From the NCBI GenBank assembly GCA_965198115.1, contig OZ240241.1, positions 5,952,001 through 6,016,000 on the forward strand: DNA of 64,000 bases, read 5' to 3'. Below the pieces are notes generated by a model. It was not told the origin of the DNA and made no database searches. It worked only from the letters and a program-made list of their open reading frames with translations. Numbering within the stretch: the first letter of the stretch is position 1; the number at the start of each line of letters is the position of its first letter. Of the stretch, positions 26,644 to 36,650 are shown one piece after another. Both the position numbers and the translations under genes were made by a program. The DNA is from Candidatus Latescibacterota bacterium (GTDB lineage Bacteria > Latescibacterota > UBA2968).

Positions 26644-28701
26644 CTACATCTCCGTCTCCCATTCTATGGTTGACTCGTACCGTATGCGGCCCGTGTACTT
26701 GTTCTTAATTGCGTCCTTCAGATGGCTATAGAGCGGCGGATGATCTCTCTCGATCGCGCCCAACGCCCGGTGGATGGCAGCGCCGACCGCGGCCTCGTCC
26801 CTCCTCCCGCCTCGAATCCGGTGCCGACCGTGACGGTTTACCCCACGATTCAACTCGCGCTGCATCCAGTTGATTCTTTCCTCAATTTCCTCTCGCGTCT
26901 CCGGGTCGAGGGCGACTTCCCCTTCGTACGCAGCGCGCAGGGTCTCTTCCTCATTCTTGAGGGCATCTTGGTATAGCGTTCGTTCTTGGGGAGACATCAC
27001 CTTCTCCTCTGCTGTTTCCACGACAGACCCGCTCTCCCAGGGCGATCCCCCTACCGGCTCGCCACCCGTCATCACACGCCTCACCTCGCTGGCCCCTTCT
27101 GGGGGCTGCCCCACCTTAAGGAGGTGGGCAATTGCACGCATCCCTTTGTCTGAAGTAATGACCGTCCAGCGGTGTCCGTTGTAAACCCCCTCCCAGTGCG
27201 CGCCCTTGCACTGGAAGGCGAAGCGGGATTGCTCGTCGACCGGGAAATCGACTATGACGTCCTGGCCTGTCCCTTCGCCTTCTTGCGCTACCAACGCCAC
27301 AGACGGCGCGGCCTCTCTCTGTGGCTTCCTGAGGGCGTCCGGTGGAGTCCCCTGGCGCTCTTCCTCCAGATGCCTCTGCCTGTACTCGACCGTCCAGCGC
27401 CCCCTTTGGCTCGGCTCCGCAGCCAAGTCCACAGCCTCCAATAGAGCTTTAAGGTCGTAGCCAAGCAGATCCTCGACCAACACCCCCGCCTGTAGTTCTG
27501 GGTCGTGCTTAGCTGCCTGGATGTACGCCGGCCACGAGAGTGCAAATGGGCAATCTTCTGGCCAAGGTACCCGACCCGGTGGTTCATCACCTGCCCGCCA
27601 CACGCACACGATCCCGTCGATTCGCGCCGCCTTCCGACACGCCTCTACGACCGCGCGTTCCAACTCGTCCAGGTTGTCCGGCCAGCGCCGACCCGCCGTG
27701 AAATACAGCCACTCCGCCGCGATGAGCTTAACCTCGGCCCCTGGCGCGTCGTAGTCTCCCCGATTGTACCGTTTGACGAAATAGTGGATCAACAGTGGCA
27801 CGTCCCCAGAGCGCGCGCACAAAGGCGGCACCTCGATTATCCCTCTCTGAAACGCGCGGAGCAGGTCTCTCGGAAACTCACCTTTACTCACAGCCCCTTC
27901 TACGTCTTTCACGGTTCTTTGCACCGATGCTATGACGCGCGTTCTGCCCCTGTCGATTTCTTCTATCACTCTCACCTGTACCTCGCGCGGCGCGAGGTCA
28001 ATGTCCTTGAGAAAAAGGGTATCCGAGACACCAGTACGCAACGTTTTGACCTCGAAGAGACTCGGGCAGTATCTGTCAACTGGCTCGTGGCGCGGTGATT
28101 CTGAAGGGGAGAATTTCCAGCTGTCGGAGGAAGAGCGCAGTGAGCTGTTCGACATGGTTCTAACACCCAAAAAGGCAGGCACCCGTTGAAGTCTCCTCTG
28201 CATCTTAGATTGCACAAAATCAGGGGTGAGACCGTCGCACCTGATCCTGGAAAACTTGCCCGGGGCGCGTTGCCCCAATTGATGCACACACCTTGCCGCA
28301 ACCTCCTGCTCAGCCCCCGGTTCGCCAGCGATAAGTACCGGGGTGTCCAGGTCGCAGCACGCCGCTATGCGCTCTATCACCTCCAGCATGGGCGGCGAGA
28401 CGCCGACCAGGCCGTGTTGGTGGCACTCGACTACTGCGTGTAGATTCATCTCCAGAATCGTCCCTGACGGCGCTGCAGCCAGGGCTTCAAGCTCAGCCCA
28501 TGGTACGGAGATGGATCTGTCACTGGGGGGCGGCGGGTGGACCCGCCGGATTGCGCCACTTTCAAGGAGTGCGCTTAGTTGCTTCCCAGCAGCTCGGTAG
28601 GCTGAAAACAGCATGCCCGGTTCATGGGTGGCTCCATTATGCGTGAACCCTTTGATGGCCACATAGGTCGTGGGAGTGGGCCCCAGTATCATTCGGTCCA
28701 C
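26644..28701 (-). CDS. Protein with a degenerate sigma54-activator-like AAA+ domain and a C-terminal DNA-binding-like domain (685 aa)
   Basis: LVGVSPPM...TPVLIAGEPGAEQEVAARCVH, TLFLKDID, VPPLCARSGDVPLL, WPDNLDELERAV; no GAFTGA motif. Confidence 0.75.
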   Translation of the reverse strand: MDRMILGPTPTTYVAIKGFTHNGATHEPGMLFSAYRAAGKQLSALLESGAIRRVHPPPPSDRSISVPWAELEALAAAPSGTILEMNLHAVVECHQHGLVGVSPPMLEVIERIAACCDLDTPVLIAGEPGAEQEVAARCVHQLGQRAPGKFSRIRCDGLTPDFVQSKMQRRLQRVPAFLGVRTMSNSSLRSSSDSWKFSPSESPRHEPVDRYCPSLFEVKTLRTGVSDTLFLKDIDLAPREVQVRVIEEIDRGRTRVIASVQRTVKDVEGAVSKGEFPRDLLRAFQRGIIEVPPLCARSGDVPLLIHYFVKRYNRGDYDAPGAEVKLIAAEWLYFTAGRRWPDNLDELERAVVEACRKAARIDGIVCVWRAGDEPPGRVPWPEDCPFALSWPAYIQAAKHDPELQAGVLVEDLLGYDLKALLEAVDLAAEPSQRGRWTVEYRQRHLEEERQGTPPDALRKPQREAAPSVALVAQEGEGTGQDVIVDFPVDEQSRFAFQCKGAHWEGVYNGHRWTVITSDKGMRAIAHLLKVGQPPEGASEVRRVMTGGEPVGGSPWESGSVVETAEEKVMSPQERTLYQDALKNEEETLRAAYEGEVALDPETREEIEERINWMQRELNRGVNRHGRHRIRGGRRDEAAVGAAIHRALGAIERDHPPLYSHLKDAIKNKYTGRIRYESTIEWETEM

Positions 28702-28782
28702 AAGTCCCTCCGTTCAGGGAAAAGGAAAGGGCTGGCCGGTGGAACGGCACCGGTTCGGGAGAGCGACACCCTCCGGCTCGGG

Positions 28783-29994
28783 TTACTCGGCGCCATCTTG
28801 CTGCAAGCCCTCCAGGTAGTCGGCCCAAGCCTGCAACATCTCACGGCGCTGCTCAAGGTAGGTCGTGCGGTTGTAGGCACGACCGAGGGGGTCACGAACA
28901 GCATGGGCCAACTGCTGCTCGACGTACTCCGCCGGATAGTTCAGGCGCTCCACCAGCACAGTGCGGGCCATAGCACGGAACCCGTGGCCAGTCATGACGT
29001 CCTTGTAGCCCAACCGATGAAGGGCGGCATTCACAGTGTTCTCGCTCATGGGCCGTCCCTTCCCCCGGACACTGGGAAACACGTACCGCCCCCGCCCGCT
29101 CAGGCTCTCCATCTCGCGCAAAATCGTCACTACCTGGCGGGGTAGCGGCACCACGAGCGGGTTACCGCCCTTACTGGGGGTGTACTGCCACTCGGCGCCG
29201 GCCGCGGCGTCCAGGTCGAAGTCATCCCACTCGGCCCTGCGCAACTCGCCAGGCTGGACGAACAGCAGCGGCGCCAGCCGTAGCGCCCCCCGGGTGGCTG
29301 GTTGCCCGCCGTAGGCATCGATTGCACGCAGCAGCGCTGCGATTTCGGCTGGCTCGAGGATCGCGGGGTGGTGTTCCGTCTCGGCTGGCAGCAGGGCTCC
29401 GCGCAGGTCGGCGGATATGTCACGTTCGGCACGGCCAGTGGCAACGGCGTAGCGGAACACTTGACCACACAGGGTGCACACTCGGTGGGCAGTCTCAACG
29501 TGTCCGATTTGCTGGACACGTCGCAGGGCTTCCAGCAACTCCCAAGAGGAGATCTCCGCAATCGGCCGACGGCCCAGCATCGGGAACACGTGCATTTCCA
29601 GTCGGCGCAGGTTTCGGTCCGCATGGGAGGACACGACCCTGTGGCGATGCACCGATTCCCACCACTCCCGCGCCAGCGCTTCCATAGTATCAGCTGAAGC
29701 CCGCGCCGAGGCCGTGCGTCTGGCTCGTCGATGGGCACTCGGGTCCACACCCTGGCTTAGCAGCTCGCGGGCCTCGTCGCGACCCCGCCGGGCGTCCTGC
29801 AGCCCCACTTCAGGGTAGACCCCCAGGGCAAGCAGCTTCTCTTTGCCGTGATAACGGTATTTCAGCCGCCAGTAATTCCCACTTCGCTGGACGTGAAGGT
29901 AGAGGCCACCCCCGTCGAACAGCTTGGCACCCCGCCCTTGAAAGGTTGCGGCCTTCACAGCGACTGCACTCAGCTTGTCTCTGGTACGTGGCAT
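28783..29994 (-). CDS. int: P4-like tyrosine integrase with arm-binding domain; catalytic Arg replaced by Gln
   Basis: KLFDGGGLYL, YWRLKYRYHGKEKLLALGVYP, FVQPGELR (usually FVRPGELR), TGHGFR, QLAH, RAYNR; lies next to the ssrA 3' end. Confidence 0.92.
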   Translation of the reverse strand: MPRTRDKLSAVAVKAATFQGRGAKLFDGGGLYLHVQRSGNYWRLKYRYHGKEKLLALGVYPEVGLQDARRGRDEARELLSQGVDPSAHRRARRTASARASADTMEALAREWWESVHRHRVVSSHADRNLRRLEMHVFPMLGRRPIAEISSWELLEALRRVQQIGHVETAHRVCTLCGQVFRYAVATGRAERDISADLRGALLPAETEHHPAILEPAEIAALLRAIDAYGGQPATRGALRLAPLLFVQPGELRRAEWDDFDLDAAAGAEWQYTPSKGGNPLVVPLPRQVVTILREMESLSGRGRYVFPSVRGKGRPMSENTVNAALHRLGYKDVMTGHGFRAMARTVLVERLNYPAEYVEQQLAHAVRDPLGRAYNRTTYLEQRREMLQAWADYLEGLQQDGAE

Positions 29995-30007
29995 TGCACG
30001 GGCCTTG

Positions 30008-30070
30008 TTGGGGGTATGTGATCTCTCCAATCTCGGTTCTACCCCCGAATATACCCCCAAATACCCCCGG
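30008..30070. repeat. Integrase arm-type binding repeats
   Basis: TACCCCC three times (30040-30068) plus an inverted GGGGGTA near 30010. Confidence 0.7.
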
Positions 30071-30111
30071 AAGTCAACGGACCACAATGGACGCCACCAG
30101 ACCATTCAGAC

Positions 30112-30143
30112 AAAAAACCCGTAAGTCCGCGGAGACTTACGGG
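30112..30143 (-). terminator. Intrinsic terminator downstream of ssrA
   Basis: CCCGTAAGTC-loop-GACTTACGGG followed by TTTTTT on the minus strand. Confidence 0.8.
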
Positions 30144-30171
30144 CCTTCTTGGACTTCTGCGAATTAAGAAA

Positions 30172-30539
30172 TGGTGGAGGCGGCGGGAATCGAACCCGCG
30201 TCCGAAAGCGCTTCTGCGACGGCGTCTACGTGTGTAGCCTGCCTACTTGAGTCTCGCGCGCCGTTGCCCCGGCAGGCTGGGTCAACGGCGCGCCAGCTAG
30301 AGACTATTTCGCTCCTGGTCCCTCTAGCGGAGGACCACGTGCTAGCCTGCTCTAGTCGACGCCCCGGTAGGGCCACACAGGCGAGGCCCAGCGGAACGGG
30401 CTGAACCTAACGGTTGGTCAGGCAGCCATTGCGTACGAGTTATCGTCCGCAGTTGCGGTTTTTCCCACGGTTTAACGAGGTAATGGACCTCGACACGCAG
30501 CCTTCGCATCCCCGCCCTCGTCGAAGCCTGATCGCCCCC
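30172..30539 (-). ncRNA. ssrA: tmRNA; tag peptide (A)ADDNSYAMAA*
   Basis: 5' GGGGGCGATCAGGCTTCGAC; 3' GGTTCGATTCCCGCCGCCTCCACCA; tag reading frame 30450-30418. Confidence 0.97.
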
Positions 30540-30649
30540 ACAAGGTGAAGATACTGCCTGCCCGCTCGTAGCCTCAGCGCAGGCGAGTCCTTCTTCTTTC
30601 TTCTTTTCTTTCTTCTCAAAAGATACCGGCATCGCCATCCCGGGTCAAT

Positions 30650-31135
30650 TCACGAACTCGATCCGAGCTCGTTCTCCCGAGCGTTTGCAAGTTCGGCTTC
30701 CAGCTCATAGATCCGCTGTTGCAGATCTGCCGCGTTCCGTTCGCCACGAACGTTCTTACCGATCGACCGCACGATCGACCGCAAAACGAGCAGCGCGATG
30801 ACGATCGCGATGCCTTTCGAAACATTCAACACGATGTCCTGTACAAGCCTTCGCGTCTCACGGTCCTCTATCTGCTCTGCCCAGGCATCGATATTTTTCC
30901 CGTAAAACACAGACACGCCCTGATCGTTGATCAGCTCAATAATCCCGTTCTGAGGAGCGGCCGCGTTGAGTGAAATCGACTGGTCAAACTGATCTGTCAG
31001 CCGAATCGTCGTTCCCTCACGACTTCGAAGCTCCACGAGATGAGTCCCGTCCTGGTTTACAACCTGAATGATCCGGTCTGTCGAATCCTGGGCCACGAGG
31101 GGGGACACCAAGCAGAGAATCAGATAACGTCGCAT
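30650..31135 (-). CDS. Hypothetical membrane protein (signal peptide, TM helix, coiled coil)
   Basis: AAGGAG RBS; MRRYLILCLVSPLVAQ...; GIAIVIALLVL. Confidence 0.65.
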   Translation of the reverse strand: MRRYLILCLVSPLVAQDSTDRIIQVVNQDGTHLVELRSREGTTIRLTDQFDQSISLNAAAPQNGIIELINDQGVSVFYGKNIDAWAEQIEDRETRRLVQDIVLNVSKGIAIVIALLVLRSIVRSIGKNVRGERNAADLQQRIYELEAELANARENELGSSS

Positions 31136-31227
31136 TGTGGTACTCCTTGGGATAACAGGATTAACACAAATATACGACCAACTCACGCAGTGCAGCGGAA
31201 GCTGGACAGGATTCTGACAGCCGACAA

Positions 31228-32040
31228 TCATCCCCTTCGAGAGGTACTTTTCAGGTCCGAATAATTCGCCCAGATCATCTCTTCTTCTCCATCCTCATTC
31301 GCCGTGACCACGGGGCAGCCGTCGTCCGCCACCACGATCGATCCGCCCGCCTGAAAATGGTGGTATGAGAAACCAACGCGATTGCTGGCAACGATCGGCG
31401 CTCCGATCTCCTTCGCCCGGCGTAGCACTTTCTCGTCTTTTGCAAGGTTTCCACGGTTGTTCTGCCAGAAAATGAGATCTGGCCGATCGTTCTTGAATGG
31501 CTCCCAGGCTTCTTCCCGCGACCCATCCGCACAGATGATGCACCCGATCCGGAGACCTCCGACTTGCATCACAATCGTACCCTCGCCCGGCGAGATGATT
31601 CCTCGTTCCTGCCGATATCCTGCCTCGACAGGATTGTAATCGGCGATCCAGTCACTGTAATCGCCCGGACCGTATGAGTTTATGTTGGGCCAGAGGTAAC
31701 TCTTCCGATACACGCCCACAACGCCCTCGGGCCCGACCCAGACCATCGAAATGTAGGGCCGGTTCTGATGGACCTCGTTGAGCCCCAACGCGACATAGCC
31801 CCCGAATTGCTTGGCGAGATGGCAGAACCCGTAAACCTCGGGGCCGTCGATGCTCCGCCCGTGACGAAGTGGCTCGGGCGTGTAGTCCGAGGTCAAACCC
31901 TCGTGAAGAAACACGTAGTCAGCGCCTTCCCTGAACGCCCGTCGAGTCCAGATCATCGCCTTATGGACATTGTGATTGACTTCACACGCGATCGTATCCA
32001 GCTGAATCACCGCCAGCCTGTAGTCTTTTTCCGGGTCCAA
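31228..32040 (-). CDS. Carbon-nitrogen hydrolase (nitrilase family)
   Basis: E-K-C triad in VFLHEG, YRKSYL, GCIICAD. Confidence 0.88.
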   Translation of the reverse strand: MDPEKDYRLAVIQLDTIACEVNHNVHKAMIWTRRAFREGADYVFLHEGLTSDYTPEPLRHGRSIDGPEVYGFCHLAKQFGGYVALGLNEVHQNRPYISMVWVGPEGVVGVYRKSYLWPNINSYGPGDYSDWIADYNPVEAGYRQERGIISPGEGTIVMQVGGLRIGCIICADGSREEAWEPFKNDRPDLIFWQNNRGNLAKDEKVLRRAKEIGAPIVASNRVGFSYHHFQAGGSIVVADDGCPVVTANEDGEEEMIWANYSDLKSTSRRG

Positions 32041-32136
32041 GCCATTCGCTCCTTACTCATTTTCACATACGAGAAAGCGCCAGGACATCACGACGTCCCA
32101 GCGCTCAAACCCGTAGTGCCGTCACTCTACAGCGTT

Positions 32137-33099
32137 TTACCGCCAACCGCCCACAGCCAACCGCCCACCATCTTTTTCAGCCCGAAACCATTCGATCGTC
32201 CGCCGCAACCCCTGCTCCGGATCGATTTCCGGTTCCCAACCCAAAAGCTTCTTCGCCAGACCGATATCCGGTTGCCTTACTTTCGGATCATCCTCCATCG
32301 GCGGTAGAAACTTCAGCTTGCTCTCGCTCTCACTGATCTTGAGGATACGCTCCGCCAGCTCGAGCATCGACATCTCCGACGGGTTTCCTATGTTGACAGG
32401 CTCGTGATAGTCCGCCTGCATCAAGGCGTAGATCCCACGCACGAGGTCGGACACGAAGCAGATGCTCCGGGTCTGTTTCCCGTCACCGAAGATCGTGATG
32501 TCGTCGCCTTTCAGTGCTTGGGAAATGAATGCCGGAATCGCTCTTCCATCATCCTTCCGCATCCGGGGCCCGTAGGTGTTGAAAATGCGGATGATCCGCG
32601 TGTCGATCCCGACCTCGCGGTGATAGGCCATCGTCATCGCCTCCGCGAACCGCTTCGCTTCGTCGTAGACGCCACGAACACCGATCGGATTCACGTTCCC
32701 CCAGTAATTCTCCGGCTGCGGATGGACCAGCGGATCGCCGTAGGACTCGGACGTCGACGCCAGAAAAAACTTGGCTTGCTTCACCCGAGCCAGACCCAGG
32801 CAGTGATAGGTCCCCAGGGCGCCCACTTTCATCGTATGGATCGAATGCACAAGGTAGTCTTTGGGGCTCGCCGGGCTGGCAAAATGCAGGATGTAATCCA
32901 GCTGCCCGGCTACGTGAACGAAGTTCGTCACGTCATAGTTCAGGAAGGTAAATCCCTCTCGGCCAATCAGGTGAGCGATGTTGTCCACCCGACCCGTCAA
33001 AAGGTTATCCATCGCCACCACCTCGTGATCGTGCTCGAGCATGAACTCACAGAGATGGGAACCGAGGAACCCCGCGCCGCCTGTAATCAAAATCCGCAC
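32137..33099 (-). CDS. UDP-glucuronate decarboxylase-family NAD-dependent epimerase/dehydratase
   Basis: [45 protein letters not shown]. Confidence 0.93.
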   Translation of the reverse strand: MRILITGGAGFLGSHLCEFMLEHDHEVVAMDNLLTGRVDNIAHLIGREGFTFLNYDVTNFVHVAGQLDYILHFASPASPKDYLVHSIHTMKVGALGTYHCLGLARVKQAKFFLASTSESYGDPLVHPQPENYWGNVNPIGVRGVYDEAKRFAEAMTMAYHREVGIDTRIIRIFNTYGPRMRKDDGRAIPAFISQALKGDDITIFGDGKQTRSICFVSDLVRGIYALMQADYHEPVNIGNPSEMSMLELAERILKISESESKLKFLPPMEDDPKVRQPDIGLAKKLLGWEPEIDPEQGLRRTIEWFRAEKDGGRLAVGGWR

Positions 33100-33178
33100 G
33101 ATTTCACCCAACAATGGCCGGCATCCGATGCCGTCTTTCTTTGGTCACTGGTCAATGGTCAACTGTCACTGGTCAATG

Positions 33179-34438
33179 CTAGTACTCCGCCCAAACCTCA
33201 TCCAACCCCGGCTGCCGTTCGACGGCCAGAGCCTGCTTCGTGACCGACATAAAAACGTCTTTCTCAGCCTCCGTCATCGTCTTCTTCCTGCGTGCCATCA
33301 CACGCTCGGCCAGAGCCAGGCCCCGCTCCTCATCGTAGCGCACGACCCGATCGCCGTCGACCCAGGCGAAGCTGGGGACGAATTTAGGACTCCGAGGAGT
33401 AAAAACGCTGCTGCAGAAACCGATCACGGCCCCGGTCGGGAAACTGACGTTGATACCGCCTTTACTGTGATCGCCCACGAACATGCCAACGAACTGTTCG
33501 TTCGTCTCGACATCGCGACCGTTGATCGGGACGCGAACGGTCCCATACGTGTTCTTCAGATCACTGTTGATACAATCGGCCGCGATGTTGACCCACGAAG
33601 ATATGTAGCTGTGCCCCAGAAACCCGTCGTGTTGCTTGTTCGAATATCCCTGGATAATCGATGCTTCGATTTCGCCACCGACTTTGCAGACCGGGCCGAG
33701 CGTGGTCCCGGCGTGCACGGTTGCACCGGCCTGAATCAGGCTGCCCGCTCCGATATAAGCTGGCCCCTGGATATACGAATGAGGCAGGATTGTCGTGCCT
33801 TCGTCGATCCAGACCGGACCGTCTTCCGCATCCACGACCACGCACGGTTTGAGGACCGACCCCTCACCCAGAAATACCTGATCGTTTCCGAGTACGTGAC
33901 AAACTCGGCCGTATAGACCCGCGCCCCGACTGTCGATAGACCAATCCTCGACCAGGACGTCCTCGTTCGAACTCACCAGATCCCACGGCCACGTCACCAT
34001 CCTCACGATGTCCGATACGTCGCGCCGTGGAAGTCCCGCCGTCACTGCGCGCAGCCTCGCCTCGTCGAGCATCACGTCCGCGGTCAACTCGCGTGACAGG
34101 ATATCATCGGCCACGACACAAGCCACCGAATCTTCTGAGCCCGCAACACCCACCCACGCCTCGTCACCCGTTTCAGGAAGCTCGGACCAGATGCCGCGGC
34201 CATTCACAAGCAAGCTGCTTTCCGACAGCCCTCCGTTCACCTCGCACGATGTCTGTTCAGCAACCATCTCCGCCAGCACGGGCCGGCACCACAGTGACAG
34301 CGCCCCTTTCGGCGAAAGCGCGCGAACTCGGTCGATTAGTGGATGAACTCCGCAGAGAAGCTGGAAAACCGCTCGAACGTAAACGAGGGGCAACAAACGC
34401 TGCCACCCCGGATCTTCATAGAGAACGACTCGTCCCAT
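33179..34438 (-). CDS. GlmU-like putative sugar nucleotidyltransferase with hexapeptide repeats
   Basis: LLPLVYVRAVFQLLCG, CKVGGEIE, SNKQHDGFLGHSY, NSDLKNTY. Confidence 0.85.
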   Translation of the reverse strand: MGRVVLYEDPGWQRLLPLVYVRAVFQLLCGVHPLIDRVRALSPKGALSLWCRPVLAEMVAEQTSCEVNGGLSESSLLVNGRGIWSELPETGDEAWVGVAGSEDSVACVVADDILSRELTADVMLDEARLRAVTAGLPRRDVSDIVRMVTWPWDLVSSNEDVLVEDWSIDSRGAGLYGRVCHVLGNDQVFLGEGSVLKPCVVVDAEDGPVWIDEGTTILPHSYIQGPAYIGAGSLIQAGATVHAGTTLGPVCKVGGEIEASIIQGYSNKQHDGFLGHSYISSWVNIAADCINSDLKNTYGTVRVPINGRDVETNEQFVGMFVGDHSKGGINVSFPTGAVIGFCSSVFTPRSPKFVPSFAWVDGDRVVRYDEERGLALAERVMARRKKTMTEAEKDVFMSVTKQALAVERQPGLDEVWAEY

Positions 34439-34561
34439 TGATCTCAAGTACCGTTTCGATCGCGCACGACCGGTCTCAACGTCGAACCGAACCGGATCAT
34501 CCACCTTCCAGAGCGCCTGGATCTCCGGTGTGCACGAAGTCTCGACTCACCCCGATCCCCA

Positions 34562-36650
34562 TCCCCGAATAGGGCCTGGACCTCCCGGATTCCCCACACC
34601 CTCCGTGTCCTCCGTGTTCTCAGTGGTTGCTTGGCTTTTGGGTTGTTACGTTACTCGACCGTGACGCTCTTCGCCAGGTTGCGGGGCTTATCGACATTCT
34701 GACCACGGAGGAGTGCGGCGTGGTAAGCCAGCAATTGAAGTGGAATCGTCGTCAACAGAGGCGAAAGAAGGGGCATTGTGGCAGGAACACGAATGACTTC
34801 CGAAACCAGAGATGCCAGGTCCTCGTCGTCCTCCGTCGTGACGGCGACAACTTGTCCGCCACGCACCTTAACCTCTTCTATATTCGACAGCACCTTGTCG
34901 AACGTGTGGTCTCTCGGGGCTACGACGATCACCGGCATACCCTCGTCGATCAACGCGATCGGTCCGTGCTTCATCTCTGCAGCCGGCATGCCCTCCGCGT
35001 GAATGTAGCTGACCTCTTTCAACTTCAGCGCTCCCTCGAGTGCGACCGGATAGTTCACCCGCGCCCGAGGTAGAGGCAGTTGTCCCACTCCACGACACGT
35101 TCGGCCAGGGATCTGACCTGGTCCTCCGTTTCCAGCGTCACATCCACCTTTTCCGGGATTGTCGAAAGCGCCTCCAATAGTTCCGCTGTGCGCTCCGCCG
35201 ACATGTTCCGACGACGGCCCAGATCGATCGCCATCATCGCCAGAACCGCGACGTGAGCGGTAAACGCCTTCGTGCTGGCCACACCGATTTCAGCCCCGGC
35301 GTGAAGATACACACCAGCATCCGTCTCTCGCGAGATCGTCGACCCTACGACATTCACGACACCGAAGGTCGTAGCGCCCTTCATCCTGACTTCGCGCAGA
35401 GCGGCCAGCGTATCGGCCGTTTCCCCCGACTGACTGATGGCGATCGCGAGAGTACCGTCTTCAATGATCGGGTTCCGGTATCTCAACTCGCTCGCATACT
35501 CGACCTCGGTCGGAACGCGAGCCAGTTCTTCAAACAGATATTCACCGATCAGTCCGGCGTGCCAGGCCGTCCCACACCCCGTTAACAGGACACGACGCGC
35601 GCGGGCCAGTTCTCGATCCAGCCCGACCAGGCCCCCGAGCGCGACACGCTGACCTTCGAAATCCAGCCGACCCCGCATGGCACTTCGCAGACTGTCGCCC
35701 TGCTCGTGGATTTCCTTGTGCATGTGGTGTTCGTGCTCGGCCAGCTCAATCTCTTCGAGCGTCAGCTCGAGCGTGTCGACCGTCTTCTCCAACGGCGTCT
35801 GATCGAGCGTCGTTACTTGAATCCCATCTGGACCGAGCGTGACGAACTCACCGTCGTCGGGATAGACCACGCGATTTGTGTGCTCTACGATCGCCCCGCC
35901 ATCGGAAGCGACGATGTATTCGTCGTCGCCGATCCCCACGAGCAGGGGGCTTCCGCGGCGAACAGCCACCAACGTGTGGGGAACCTCGGAACAGAGGATG
36001 GCCAGACCGAAGGTCCCGCGCACATCTCGTACGGCCTGACGCACACTCGCCAAAAAGTCGCCCGTCTGATCGAAGAAGAAACCGATCAGCTGTGCAATCG
36101 ATTCAGTGTCTGTTTCACTCTGGAAAGTGACACCCTGGCCTTCGAGGAACTGGCGTATGGCGCCGTGGTTCTCGACAATTCCGTTGTGAACGATCGAAAT
36201 GCGGCGTTGGGTATCGAAGTGGGGATGGGCGTTGATTTCGCTCGGGCGGCCGTGTGTCGCCCATCGGGTGTGGGCGATTCCGATCGTTCCGTCGAGGGGA
36301 CGGGCATCGAGCGTGTCGGATAGGGCAGACACCTTCCCGACCGTCTTGCAGTCATTCAGTTGGCCGTCGACAATCGTCGCGACACCGGCCGAATCGTAAC
36401 CGCGATACTCGAGGCGGCGAAGGCCGTTCAGGAGAATGGGTGCCGCTTGTCGACCACCGACATATCCAACAATCCCACACACAACAATAGCTCCTACGAG
36501 ACGTTACACAATCAGGTGAAGAACTCCGGACAGCCTCTGATTCTCTCCCCGAATAGGGCCTGGATCTCCAGGCGCCCCCACCCTCCTTGTGCTCCGTGTC
36601 CGGCGCCTGCCCTGAGCGAAGTCGAAGGGTGGTTGCTTTCGTCTTTAGCG
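34562..36650. repeat. Related intergenic elements on both sides of glmS; the second contains a REP-like motif
   Basis: TCCCCGAATAGGGCCTGGA at 34562 and 36546, each followed by CACCCTCC...CTCCGTGT...GTGGTTGCTT; CCCTGAGCGAAGTCGAAGGG at 36610. Confidence 0.75.
34651..36482 (-). CDS. glmS: Glutamine-fructose-6-phosphate aminotransferase with a 1-nt frameshift near 35060 (likely sequencing indel)
   Basis: [25 protein letters not shown]; LYLGRG / [15 protein letters not shown]; [11 protein letters not shown]. Confidence 0.95.

Noticed and set aside
34505-36650. glmS ribozyme
   Set aside because: AGCGCCTGGA at about 34512 is downstream and on the wrong strand, and the glmS leader lacks the GACGAGG core.
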